Positions 28,699-38,329 of a stretch of DNA of 59,964 bases are shown one piece after another (within the stretch, counting starts at the first letter, position 1; each line of letters opens with the position of its first letter). Origin of the DNA: Candidatus Coatesbacteria bacterium (GTDB taxonomy: Bacteria; JAFGND01); NCBI GenBank assembly GCA_016927185.1, contig JAFGND010000064.1, positions 1-59,964 of the forward strand, in the 5' to 3' direction. A program made the position numbers and the translations under genes. The notes beneath the pieces were generated by a model. It had not been told where the DNA came from, made no database searches, and worked only from the letters and a program-made list of their open reading frames with translations.

Positions 28699-29268
28699 AT
28701 GATAATGAATGAATCGCGATTGGAAAAAGAAGTAATCCAGAAAGCCTTGAAAGAAGGTAGAGAGGTTAACATAAAACCTTATGGGGGTAGCATGCTTCCT
28801 GTTATCTGGGAAGGAGAGATTATAAAAGTAGTGGCCTGTGATGTCAATTCAATCAAGCCCAGAACAATCATCCTTTACTGGGAAGAATCAAAAGAAATCC
28901 TAATTGCTCATAGATTTTGGAAGAGGATTGATGATAAACTACTTACCAAGGGCGACGCAAGTCTATCAAGAAAAGGTTTTATGAAAGTAAAACCAGAAAA
29001 TGTTATAGGTCAAGTGAATCAGGTAATAAAAAAATGGGGACATCTCAATTTTGATTGGTTACCAATGAGAATCTGGAGCTTACTATTTTGTTATATTTCA
29101 ATGATTTATGGGACAATAGTTCACATTCTTTTCAGAAAGAATGCGTTCTTTTGTAATAAAGCTGTTGCCTTGTTCAGGAAATGTGCATCTCTGTCTCTCA
29201 GAATGATTTATTACAAACAAGAGTTGGGTAGAAAGCTAGGTTTATGGGGAAGAAAGGTAATCCCTTAA
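28699..29268 (+). CDS. S24/S26-family peptidase-like protein (Ser-His type)
   Basis: GGSMLP, LIAHR, LTKGDA, VIGQV motifs and a hydrophobic C-terminal segment. Confidence 0.75.
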   Translation: MIMNESRLEKEVIQKALKEGREVNIKPYGGSMLPVIWEGEIIKVVACDVNSIKPRTIILYWEESKEILIAHRFWKRIDDKLLTKGDASLSRKGFMKVKPENVIGQVNQVIKKWGHLNFDWLPMRIWSLLFCYISMIYGTIVHILFRKNAFFCNKAVALFRKCASLSLRMIYYKQELGRKLGLWGRKVIP

Positions 29269-29802
29269 CTCACTTAGCTTGAATAGCGGTTCTACTTTAA
29301 TACCCATACTTTCAATGTTTTCTTTACCATTATTTTCTTCTCGGTCCACTATTACAATTACAATTAAAGGTTTATAACCTTCCTCCCTTAATCTCTTAAT
29401 TGCATCTATTGTGCTTTTACCTGTTGTTATAACATCATCAACAACAACAACTTCACTTCCAGATTCAATATTGCCTTCAATCCATTTTAAAGTACCATGT
29501 TTTTTGGGTTCCTTCCTTACTGAGAAAGAAGGAATTGGCTTGTTTTTCAAATAGCTTATCAAGGATACTGAAATTGCTATGGGATCCGCACCTAATGTCA
29601 TTCCACCAATTCCTTTTGGATCAAGTTTTTCGATAATTGAGAATATCATTTGGCCAATAAGAAATTGACCTTCAGGTAAAAATGTAACTTGTTTACAATC
29701 AATATAATAAGGACTTAATCTTCCCGAGGAAAGAAGAAAAGGAGACTCTTCATTATATCTATATGATCTCTCCAGTATTAACTCGATTAATCTGTTTCTC
29801 AT
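29242..29802 (-). CDS. pyrE: Orotate phosphoribosyltransferase
   Basis: FLLSSGRLSPYYIDCK, GGMTLGADPI, RKEPKKHG, PRPP motif VVVDDVITTGKS. Confidence 0.97.
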   Translation of the reverse strand: MRNRLIELILERSYRYNEESPFLLSSGRLSPYYIDCKQVTFLPEGQFLIGQMIFSIIEKLDPKGIGGMTLGADPIAISVSLISYLKNKPIPSFSVRKEPKKHGTLKWIEGNIESGSEVVVVDDVITTGKSTIDAIKRLREEGYKPLIVIVIVDREENNGKENIESMGIKVEPLFKLSELRDYLSSP

Positions 29803-30219
29803 TTACAGATTAGTCAGAATAAGATTCCTCAGGAAACTCACAGAATTTTCTATCATGTCAAGGCAGACTTCAGTATGACCTTTGAAATTATCTGTTATCA
29901 CAATATCTTCACATTTTTTTGCATATTTTTCAGAAATCCACTTCAAGAAATCCCTTGTGAGTCTGTAGTTTTTCTTTTTTGTTTCTAAATCATTTGGGTC
30001 AGTTCTTCCAAAGTAAAATCCAATTCCCATTGCTCCTCCCGTAATTATTCCGCAAATATCTCTAGAAGCACCTATACCACCACCAAAAGGGGTTACAACT
30101 TTAAGCAATTCTTCAGAAGCGTTGTTTTCTACCAAAGCAAGGAAAGTAGCTTCAGCGCAATTATAACCTTTATCTAGATATTCTCTAGCCTTCTTTGGGG
30201 CATTTTCTGATATAACCAT
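29803..30219 (-). CDS. C-GCAxxG-C-C family putative redox protein
   Basis: GYNCAEA, PFGGGIG, ICGIITGG and two further Cys. SD GGAGG. Confidence 0.88.
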   Translation of the reverse strand: MVISENAPKKAREYLDKGYNCAEATFLALVENNASEELLKVVTPFGGGIGASRDICGIITGGAMGIGFYFGRTDPNDLETKKKNYRLTRDFLKWISEKYAKKCEDIVITDNFKGHTEVCLDMIENSVSFLRNLILTNL

Positions 30220-30300
30220 TTGAACCTCCTGCGTGTACTTCTTAAAACATTGCCCTGATTCCAGAATTTACTTTTTTGTACAACAGGAAATAATAAAGCC

Positions 30301-30329
30301 TTGACTAACTTATATAATTTTATTAATAT
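30301..30329 (+). promoter_or_regulatory. Putative sigma-70 promoter of the HD-GYP/PilZ/truB unit
   Basis: TTGACT (30301-30306), 17 nt, TAATAT (30324-30329). Confidence 0.5.
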
Positions 30330-30346
30330 AGCCATGTAACGTAAAA

Positions 30347-31816
30347 ATGGAAAAGAAATTAATTTATATTGGTTCTCCTGAACGATCTATTATAAAGAAA
30401 CTCAAAGAAACAAAGTATCAATTTATTGTCTTCCATACAGTTAAGGAATTTGCTGACAGATATGACAAAAATGAGGAGTTTAATATTATCATTATTGATG
30501 CATCCCTTTCTCAAGACGAGCTTTATGCTTTTGAAGGTGGAGGCAACAAGAGTACAGTAATTCTTGCAATAAGCCCTGAAGAAAGCATACAAGAATTTCT
30601 CTATTCACCAGTAGCTGATGTTATTTTTGATGATTACACTCCGTCAAGCATTATTGAGAAAAAGCTAGACAGATTTTTGATAGAGAATATGGATCATAAA
30701 AGAGATTATCTAGATAAACTGGAAGAATTGGAAAAGGAAAAGGAAGAAAAAGTCTATCAGTTGGAATTAATAAAGGATATTAATCTGATACTAGGTAAAG
30801 TATTGCAATTGGATGAATTACTATCAGCCATATTGAAACTGGCACTTGATTTTACTGAAGGAAAATCAGGAGCTATCTTGATGCTTGAGGAGCAATCAGG
30901 AAATTACCAGGTAAAATCATTTCATGGATTAGATGGAGAAGGAGTATCTGGAGTCAGAATACCAAAAGATAAAGGAGTGATGTCTACAATAACACAGAAT
31001 AATATTGGGCAAATCTTCCATAGCAAGCAAGAAGTTTTCCACTGGGAACCTATTCTACCTATTGAACCAGATTTTAAAAGTTTTATTGCATACCCTATCA
31101 GTAGTTCAAATGGTATTCCAGCAATAATACTTTTATATGATAAACTTAATGGTTCTGGTTTTAGCAGAAATGACTATGAAATAGTAAAACTGATTTCCAG
31201 ACAAGCAGCAGGCTCTGTAGAGAATGCAAGATTATATGAGAGCATTAAGATGAATTACTATAATACTGTAAGGGCTTTAGCTATTGCATTAGAGGCAAGT
31301 GATCCTTATACAAGAGGTCATAGTGAAAGAGTTTCAAGTTATGCAATAATAATAGCTCATTCAATGGGATTACCCCAGGATGAGATTCATGAAATAGAAT
31401 ATTATGCAATTTTGCATGATATAGGCAAGATAGCTATTCCAGGTGAGATACTTCATAAAGAAGGTGCTCTGACAGAAAGTGAATATGAGATAATGATGAC
31501 GCATTCGCAAATTGGAGCTGATATTATAGCTAGTATTGGGTTTCTGCAGAAAGTGACTTCTCTGATTCGATATCATCATGAACATTGGGATGGAAATGGC
31601 TATTATCATCTAAAACACGAGCAAATTCCTGTACAAGCAAGAATTGTTGCTGTAGCAGATGCTTATGATGCAATGGTTTCTGATAGACCATACAGAAAGG
31701 CAATGACAAGCAAGGAAGCAATTATTGAGCTAAAAAAACATTCAGGAACGCAATTTGATCCTGATGTAGTCAAGGTTTTTGTTCAAATATTAGAGCGTTT
31801 TTACGGTCAAAATTAA
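30347..31816 (+). CDS. GAF plus HD-GYP domain c-di-GMP phosphodiesterase (degenerate REC-like N-terminus)
   Basis: DPYTRGHSERV, LHDIGKI, HHEHWDGNGY, VADAYDAMVSDRPYR, GTQFDP. Confidence 0.92.
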   Translation: MEKKLIYIGSPERSIIKKLKETKYQFIVFHTVKEFADRYDKNEEFNIIIIDASLSQDELYAFEGGGNKSTVILAISPEESIQEFLYSPVADVIFDDYTPSSIIEKKLDRFLIENMDHKRDYLDKLEELEKEKEEKVYQLELIKDINLILGKVLQLDELLSAILKLALDFTEGKSGAILMLEEQSGNYQVKSFHGLDGEGVSGVRIPKDKGVMSTITQNNIGQIFHSKQEVFHWEPILPIEPDFKSFIAYPISSSNGIPAIILLYDKLNGSGFSRNDYEIVKLISRQAAGSVENARLYESIKMNYYNTVRALAIALEASDPYTRGHSERVSSYAIIIAHSMGLPQDEIHEIEYYAILHDIGKIAIPGEILHKEGALTESEYEIMMTHSQIGADIIASIGFLQKVTSLIRYHHEHWDGNGYYHLKHEQIPVQARIVAVADAYDAMVSDRPYRKAMTSKEAIIELKKHSGTQFDPDVVKVFVQILERFYGQN

Positions 31817-31821
31817 TATCT

Positions 31822-32202
31822 ATGGTAATTAGAAGATTCAAAAGAACAGAAGTTCCTATTGAATTAAAAATCTCTTTTTTGAAAGAGTTAAATGGGAAAT
31901 GGTTTCCTGTGGGAAATGAATTAACTGTTCATACAAGAAATATTAGCCCTGGTGGATGTTTCATTCAAATAAATTCTATAGAAGCAGGTTTTCAATATGT
32001 TATATTGAAAGTTCTCTCATTTCCAGATGGTAACAATTTCAACTGGATATTCGGAGAAGTTATATGGAGCAGGAATGAACCTGTAAATGATAAAGACTAT
32101 AAACTAAGTCTGGGGATCAAGTTTATTCTTATGGAGTCAAGTCTAAGGAATTTCATCCAGGAAAGCATTCAAAGAGCATATCCGACTATATTTGAAGGAT
32201 GA
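31822..32202 (+). CDS. PilZ domain protein
   Basis: RxxxR (RRFKR) and NxSxGG (NISPGG) c-di-GMP-binding motifs, GEVIW, GIKF. Confidence 0.88.
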   Translation: MVIRRFKRTEVPIELKISFLKELNGKWFPVGNELTVHTRNISPGGCFIQINSIEAGFQYVILKVLSFPDGNNFNWIFGEVIWSRNEPVNDKDYKLSLGIKFILMESSLRNFIQESIQRAYPTIFEG

Positions 32203-33080
32203 ATTGTTTCATAAACATATACAAACCAGAAGGTTTGAAATCGATGGATATAACAAGATATTTCAAGAGAAAATTCAAGGAAAAAGTAGGTCATATAGGA
32301 ACACTTGATCCACTTGCAGAAGGAGTCTTACCAATTGCAATAGGCGGGGCAAACAAGCTTACGCGTTTTATTCATGAATTCAAAAAAACATATAAGGTGA
32401 AGATAAGATTAGGATTGACTACTGATAGTGATGATATAACTGGAAAAATAATGAATAGTCATGATGTCGGAAGTATTGAAATAACAGATATTATCTATGT
32501 GCTGAATAAATATAAAGGCAAGATACTTCAGAAACCTCCTTTATATTCAGCTTTAAAAATAAAAGGTAAAAGGGCATATTCCTTGGCAAGAAAGGGAATT
32601 GATCTGGAACTACCCGAAAAGGAAATTGAGATTTATTCCCTGGAATTTATAGACTTTGATAATCCTTTTCTTGCTCTTAAAATCGATTGCAGTAAGGGAA
32701 CTTATATCAGATCACTAGCAAGGGATATTGGAAACGAACTTGGATTAGGAGGATGCATAGATAAACTAGAAAGATTGAGTATCGGAGAGTTTAATACTGC
32801 AAATGCCATTAGAATGAACGAATTTAACGAAAATAGAGATTTGATAAACCCCTTAAATGTGCTAAGATGGAATATTCTGTTATTGGATAAGAACATGACA
32901 AAAAGATTAACCAATGGAAATTCAACAATTATTTCCAAGTCTGTTAAAGGTATATATTGGATGCAAGATATTGATGGAAGGATTTTCGGATTGGGAGAAG
33001 TAAATGGGAATGAAATAAAACCGATGATCATTTTTGATTTTCGCAATAGCTTATTCAGAAAGGAAACCTGTATATGTTAG
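32199..33080 (+). CDS. truB: tRNA pseudouridine(55) synthase
   Basis: KVGHIGTLDPLAEGVL, QKPPLYSALKIKGKRAY, CSKGTYIRSLARDIG. Confidence 0.97.
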   Translation: MNCFINIYKPEGLKSMDITRYFKRKFKEKVGHIGTLDPLAEGVLPIAIGGANKLTRFIHEFKKTYKVKIRLGLTTDSDDITGKIMNSHDVGSIEITDIIYVLNKYKGKILQKPPLYSALKIKGKRAYSLARKGIDLELPEKEIEIYSLEFIDFDNPFLALKIDCSKGTYIRSLARDIGNELGLGGCIDKLERLSIGEFNTANAIRMNEFNENRDLINPLNVLRWNILLLDKNMTKRLTNGNSTIISKSVKGIYWMQDIDGRIFGLGEVNGNEIKPMIIFDFRNSLFRKETCIC

Positions 33081-33147
33081 CTAATAAAAGGCTTGACAAT
33101 TCTTTCATGTACTTATTAAGCGTTGATTTGACAGAGGAGGAAACTAG

Positions 33148-33870
33148 ATGAGATTGATTTTTTTGCTTATTTTTGTTATTTCAAGTATAATTTCAGCTGC
33201 AATTCCTTTTGGTTTCTATACATGCAAACAGATTGTAGATGGAAAGGAAGATAAATCACAAACTCAATATTTGACATTGAGACAAGATAATTGCTACATT
33301 TATACAAATCTTAGAGGTGGTTTTTCAGCTGGTTATTATAAATATGAAGGAAACATAATTGTTTTCGAAGATGGTGTAGACATAAGAAAATTCAGGTACT
33401 TTATGAAGGGAAATTTTCTTACCCTAATTGCTATTGAAAGTGGTAAAGCAAGCAAAATTGGACATTTATCAGGTTTGCTCCCGACTAAAATTGGCTCTTC
33501 AGCAACTTATAATATTAGTAATATTGAACCAGCTGGGAATCTTAAATATCCATCACTCAGAAAAGGCAAATATGAATACTGGGATAGTAACAAAAAGCAG
33601 GTACATGTATTTCAGCTAATAGATAACATGAAATTCATATACATAAATCCTTTTAAAAAACAAATAGAAGGCACATATACTTATTCAGGAAATACGATTA
33701 CATTGACCAGCAATTCTCCAGACAAGGCAATGAGAGTATTCAATGTCATTAGAATTGGAAATAATCTGATCCTTTTACGCTCCAATAAGGATACGGCAAA
33801 GGGTAAATCACCTTTAAATGACATGAAACCATTGGAGTTAAGGGGAGCAGTATATGAACCTGAGGATTGA
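33148..33870 (+). CDS. Secreted protein with two lipocalin-like beta repeats
   Basis: Signal peptide, SD GAGGAGG, internally duplicated pattern (YIYTN..GYYKYEGNIIVF..GNFLTL versus FIYIN..GTYTYSGNTITL..GNNLIL). Confidence 0.7.
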   Translation: MRLIFLLIFVISSIISAAIPFGFYTCKQIVDGKEDKSQTQYLTLRQDNCYIYTNLRGGFSAGYYKYEGNIIVFEDGVDIRKFRYFMKGNFLTLIAIESGKASKIGHLSGLLPTKIGSSATYNISNIEPAGNLKYPSLRKGKYEYWDSNKKQVHVFQLIDNMKFIYINPFKKQIEGTYTYSGNTITLTSNSPDKAMRVFNVIRIGNNLILLRSNKDTAKGKSPLNDMKPLELRGAVYEPED

Positions 33871-33871
33871 T

Positions 33872-34513
33872 CTATTCTGCCTTTTTTCCCACAAAAATGC
33901 AATACTTCCATAATCCACCAAAAACAAGGGAAGTTTTTAAATTATAATCAGGGAAGCGCTTTTCCAGTTTATGAATAATGTCTTCATTCATTTGTACCTG
34001 ATGCCATTTAAACCAATCATGAACAAGTTTAAACTTGGTTTCAACAAAATCAACAACAGCTATATAACCCTTTGGGCATAAATCTTTGTAAGCTTGCTCA
34101 ATTACATACTCATAATCAGGCATCAGAGTTAATGCATAAGAGAAAAAAAGCACTCCCGGTTTTACATTTGTACCATTATTATCCAAGCAATGAATAGTGT
34201 CTTTTCCATAAAAGCATTGCTGCAAACTTATCCTTCCTGCATAACCATTTCTGGATATTCTTTTCCTTGCTTTATCAAGCATAGGAATTGTTGCATCAAC
34301 TCCAATGATTTCCTTATCAGGGAATCTTGCTGCCAGAGAGGTTAGATTAAATCCTGTTCCACAACCAATCTCAATAATAGGTCCTGGTGGGTCTTTAGGG
34401 AGCCAATCACAAATATTATTCCTGCCAAATAAATATAGCCAGCGAGTTTGATCATAAAAGTGGGAGTGTACTGCATAAAAATCATTCCATTTTTTTGTGA
34501 ATTTTTCTTTCAC
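33872..34513 (-). CDS. Class I SAM-dependent methyltransferase, BtaB-like
   Basis: EIGCGTG SAM motif. FYDQTRWLYLFGR, FSYALT and VVDF segments resemble the betaine-lipid methyltransferase BtaB. GTG start. Confidence 0.8.
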   Translation of the reverse strand: MKEKFTKKWNDFYAVHSHFYDQTRWLYLFGRNNICDWLPKDPPGPIIEIGCGTGFNLTSLAARFPDKEIIGVDATIPMLDKARKRISRNGYAGRISLQQCFYGKDTIHCLDNNGTNVKPGVLFFSYALTLMPDYEYVIEQAYKDLCPKGYIAVVDFVETKFKLVHDWFKWHQVQMNEDIIHKLEKRFPDYNLKTSLVFGGLWKYCIFVGKKAE

Positions 34514-34524
34514 CCAAATCTCCT

Positions 34525-35313
34525 TTATTTGTTAATATGTGAAGGAGGTAAATGTGCCTTCCATGAGTTTTCCAACAATATTCTCTTGTTCAAATCCAGC
34601 ATAGTTCTATTATTCGGGAAGTGTTTAAGAAATTCGTTTATCACATCTAATGCTTCCCTTCTTTTTCCCTGAAGCGTAAGAGTATTTGCTAGCATATAAG
34701 AATTATCCAGAAAGAAATAGAAGCTATCTGTCATGTCATCTTCAGATTTTGTTTTCTCAGCTTCATTATCTGTGCTCTTAAAATTCTCAGAAGCTTCAAG
34801 GTATTTCTTTTTTGCTATATTAATTCCCTTTCTGTAATTTACTGCAGCTCTTTCAAAATCATGTTTTTTTCTTAAATAGACTTGTCCAAGCACGAAATAA
34901 AGTTTTGCTGCATCAGGATTAGCTTTTATGCCTTCATTAAGAAAATCTATGCTTTCTTCAACTTTATTGAATCCAAAAGCCAGACTGTTTGCTCCAACAA
35001 AGTAGGATTCTACGTATGATGGATCGAAGTAAGTTATCAGTCTATCTATAGGGATAACTTCACTGTTCTCTTCCCAGCCTTTTTTACTATACTCTATCCA
35101 AACATGATGATACACATCAGTTTTTACCCATAAATTAGCCGCTATTGTCTTTCTGAATTCCCCCAGTATTCCCATAACAATCTGTTGTGGATGAAGTGTT
35201 GTATCTACATCATTTTTATTCCAGGCTTCCTTTAAAAAAGAACTTTCTGTTATATAAGAAAAAATGATAAATAAGAATAGCGCAAGAAAAATTCCCAGAA
35301 ATCTCATTGAATT
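34525..35313 (-). CDS. Membrane-anchored TPR protein
   Basis: N-terminal TM, AANLWVKTDVYHH, TPR helices (EGIKANPDAAKLYFVLGQVY). The start is approximate; the track start at 35343 overlaps the upstream ABC gene. Confidence 0.75.
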   Translation of the reverse strand, partial: NSMRFLGIFLALFLFIIFSYITESSFLKEAWNKNDVDTTLHPQQIVMGILGEFRKTIAANLWVKTDVYHHVWIEYSKKGWEENSEVIPIDRLITYFDPSYVESYFVGANSLAFGFNKVEESIDFLNEGIKANPDAAKLYFVLGQVYLRKKHDFERAAVNYRKGINIAKKKYLEASENFKSTDNEAEKTKSEDDMTDSFYFFLDNSYMLANTLTLQGKRREALDVINEFLKHFPNNRTMLDLNKRILLENSWKAHLPPSHINK

Positions 35314-36259
35314 ATTCCTCTTTTTCTTTAACAAGCTTGACAAAGATATCTTCCAGTCGCTCCTTTTTACATTCTGCTGAAATAATTCGTGCTCCCGCTT
35401 TTACCAGTAGATTCATGTAATTAATAAGCTCATTATTATCTATTTCAGGGAAGCTTATTATAAAATCTTTATCAATTTTCTGCACAGAAGTGTTTCCATA
35501 ACTTCTTAACTGAGGCAGAGACAAAGTATCAATGTTTGTTACTCTTATTTCATAACCAGACAGGCTTGTTAACTCTTGAATGGTACCCTCTTTTATGAGT
35601 TTTCCTTTCTGAATTATGCCAACTCTATCGCTTATAGATTCTACTTCTGATAGTATATGTGAACTGAAAAAAACGGTTTTATTATCATTCTTTAAATCAA
35701 TAAGAATATTTCTGATATCCTTTCTGGCTATTGGATCCAAACCTGAAGTAGGTTCATCAAAGATTACCAGTTCTGGATCACCAATTAAAGCTTGAGCTAT
35801 CCCAAAACGTTGAAGCATTCCCTTTGAGAACTCTCTCATTTTAAGATCACTGGCATCTTTTAATCCAGTTTTCTCCAGAAGCATATATATCTTGTTTTTC
35901 AGTTGTTTTCCAGTTAATTTATGAAGTTTCCCAAGAATATCCAGATATTCAGTAGCTGTTAAAAAAGTATGGTAATATGGAGATTCGGGGAGGTATCCCA
36001 ATTTCTGTCTGCTTCTGATATCTCCAAATCGATATCCAAGAAGGTTTCCATTCCCTGATGTCGGAAAAATCAAACCGATCAATATTTTTATTAAGGTAGT
36101 TTTTCCAGCTCCATTTTGACCCAGAAAGCCATAAATTTCACCCTTTTTAATTTTCAAATTTAAATCGACTAAAGCAGGTTTATTTTGTTCTCCAATACCC
36201 GGATAATAGGTTTTGCACAAGGAGTTGGTTTCAATTACAAATTGGTTTTCATAAAGCAT
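35312..36259 (-). CDS. ABC transporter ATP-binding protein (ABC-2/CcmA-like)
   Basis: Walker A GQNGAGKT, signature FSKGMLQR, Walker B IFDEPTSGLD, SSHIL. Confidence 0.95.
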   Translation of the reverse strand: MLYENQFVIETNSLCKTYYPGIGEQNKPALVDLNLKIKKGEIYGFLGQNGAGKTTLIKILIGLIFPTSGNGNLLGYRFGDIRSRQKLGYLPESPYYHTFLTATEYLDILGKLHKLTGKQLKNKIYMLLEKTGLKDASDLKMREFSKGMLQRFGIAQALIGDPELVIFDEPTSGLDPIARKDIRNILIDLKNDNKTVFFSSHILSEVESISDRVGIIQKGKLIKEGTIQELTSLSGYEIRVTNIDTLSLPQLRSYGNTSVQKIDKDFIISFPEIDNNELINYMNLLVKAGARIISAECKKERLEDIFVKLVKEKEE

Positions 36260-36404
36260 GTTAAATGCCTGTTTCTATAGGAAAAAATACTGTCAAGAGA
36301 TTTAACAATAACTCCTCTATATATAAATAGATATTAAGTTTTCTCTTGACCTTACTTTGCAAGAAAAAATTCAGGTCTTTGTTATTTATTGTATGGAGGT
36401 ATAA

Positions 36405-37445
36405 ATGAATTACTATGAAACTGCTTTGAAATTTCCCATAAATCTTGATAAAAACGAGAATAACTTTGGTCCTGCACCCATATGCAAAGAAGTAATGACA
36501 AACCTGAAAATGGAACACTTCACTGAATATGCAAGGGATAATGCAAAGAATATCAGACATGCATTATCAAGAAGATTTGGGGTTAAAGAAGAGAGTATAT
36601 TAACTGGTTATGGAGCGGTAGATGTATTGATTAATTCACTGAATTACCTGATGCAAAGAGGAAACACCATTCTTCTGCCATATGAAAGCTGGTGGTATTT
36701 TGACAAAATTATATCTGTAAGGGGAGGAGATATTTTATACTACTATTTAAAAACTCAGGAAGGAAATTACTATTATGATGTAAACTCAATACTGGAAATA
36801 GCAATAAGACATGATCCAAAGTTCTTGTTGATTTGTTCACCCAACAATCCTACAGGGACTTCTCTTCCTTTAGCTGATCTAGAGAAGATCTTAAGAACGC
36901 TTCCTGAAACCATTATAATTCTGGATGAAGCATATTGGGGTTTTAGCAAGGATAATCCTAGCTATGAGGCAAGATTTATAGAAAGATATCCTCAATTAAT
37001 CATAGTCAGAACTTTCTCAAAACTTTACGCAATGGCTGGGATTAGAATTGGATTTGCTTTTGTAGGAGACAATTATAAGAGATTATTGGAGAAAAACGAG
37101 AGATATCTTGGTTATAACAGGATAAGTGAGGAGCTGGCAGTAGCAGCTCTGGAATCATTTGATTATTATTCTCACATTGCAAATCTGTTTATTGAAGAGC
37201 GAGACAAGTTCTATAGTTTTTTCAGCAAATATCCAGAATTGACAACTTGCTATAAAAGTGAAAGTAATTTCATATTGGTAAAACTTCAGCCTGATTTTTT
37301 TAAAAGGCTACAACCTCATCTTATAAAGAAACAAGTAATAATAAAGTTTTTTACAGAAGAGAAATTCAAGGATCAGGTAAGAATAACAATTGGAACACCT
37401 CCTCAAAATGAGTACTTAAGACAATCAATTCAGGAAGTTATTTGA
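36405..37445 (+). CDS. PLP-dependent aminotransferase, histidinol-phosphate transaminase family
   Basis: LDKNEN, CSPNNPTG, LDEAY, RTFSKLYAMAGIRIG, SESNFILV, RITIGT. Confidence 0.88.
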   Translation: MNYYETALKFPINLDKNENNFGPAPICKEVMTNLKMEHFTEYARDNAKNIRHALSRRFGVKEESILTGYGAVDVLINSLNYLMQRGNTILLPYESWWYFDKIISVRGGDILYYYLKTQEGNYYYDVNSILEIAIRHDPKFLLICSPNNPTGTSLPLADLEKILRTLPETIIILDEAYWGFSKDNPSYEARFIERYPQLIIVRTFSKLYAMAGIRIGFAFVGDNYKRLLEKNERYLGYNRISEELAVAALESFDYYSHIANLFIEERDKFYSFFSKYPELTTCYKSESNFILVKLQPDFFKRLQPHLIKKQVIIKFFTEEKFKDQVRITIGTPPQNEYLRQSIQEVI

Positions 37446-37451
37446 AACAAA

Positions 37452-38201
37452 CTATTCTCCTCTTATGAGTCTGTTTGAAAGATAGGAAGCTGTTTCTTCA
37501 GACAAATCAGCTCTTGAGATTTTCCTGATTGCTTTTTGGGCAGATTCAATATCATATTCAGCTCTATGATACTCTATACAGTTTTGTGTTGTATCAAATT
37601 TCAAATAACATGCTCGTGGATCCTTATCTCTTGGCTGTCCAACACTTCCAACATTTACAAGATATCTTTTATTGTCCTCCATCTTGAATATAAAAGGATA
37701 ATTTTTGGGGTAGTAGATTTCACCATTGCTGTCTATAATTACTGGCAAATGACTGTGACCGAAAAAGCATATCTTTTCCCTGAAATACTGGAACTGGATC
37801 ATTGCCTCCTGTATGGTTAATATATAATGCCATCTGCTTGGGTTATAAGGTGATGAATGAACGAGTAAAGATTCCAGTGAACTATTGTAATAAGTTAATG
37901 ATTCTAAGAACTTTCTGTTTTCTTTTAAAAGCGTCATCTGAGTCCATATTATTGATTCTTTTGCGAATCTATTAAAAAATCTTATATCCTCTATCTTGGC
38001 TCCAACGGAATCATGATTTCCTAGAATTGTAGGAATATTCCTGTACTTAATAATCTCGATGCATTCATTTGGATATGCCCCATAACCTATTAAATCTCCT
38101 AAAGAGTATATTTGAGAAATTTTGTCTGAATCAAGTTTATCTAGAACGACTTCTAGTGCATGAAGATTTGCATGAATATCACTTATTAAAGCAAATATCA
38201 A
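37452..38201 (-). CDS. Metallophosphoesterase family protein
   Basis: SDIHAN, LGDLIGYG, GNHD, FGHSH, NVGSVGQPRD. Confidence 0.92.
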   Translation of the reverse strand: MIFALISDIHANLHALEVVLDKLDSDKISQIYSLGDLIGYGAYPNECIEIIKYRNIPTILGNHDSVGAKIEDIRFFNRFAKESIIWTQMTLLKENRKFLESLTYYNSSLESLLVHSSPYNPSRWHYILTIQEAMIQFQYFREKICFFGHSHLPVIIDSNGEIYYPKNYPFIFKMEDNKRYLVNVGSVGQPRDKDPRACYLKFDTTQNCIEYHRAEYDIESAQKAIRKISRADLSEETASYLSNRLIRGE

Positions 38202-38271
38202 TCATTATTCCTTTGTTAAGATTAATATATAAAACACTAACTATTTGTCAATTCAATTGAAGAATCATGCC

Positions 38272-38300
38272 TTGACATAAGATTCGCTTTTTATTAATAA
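38272..38300 (+). promoter_or_regulatory. Putative sigma-70 promoter of the PLD gene
   Basis: TTGACA (38272-38277), 17 nt, TAATAA (38295-38300). Confidence 0.45.
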
Positions 38301-38329
38301 CAGCATACTTGTTTTTCATGGAGGAAAAT

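Noticed and set aside
34525-36259. ABC ATPase plus TPR gene with no permease, considered as a novel system
   Set aside because: The permease may simply be encoded elsewhere, and nothing else in the sequence supports novelty.
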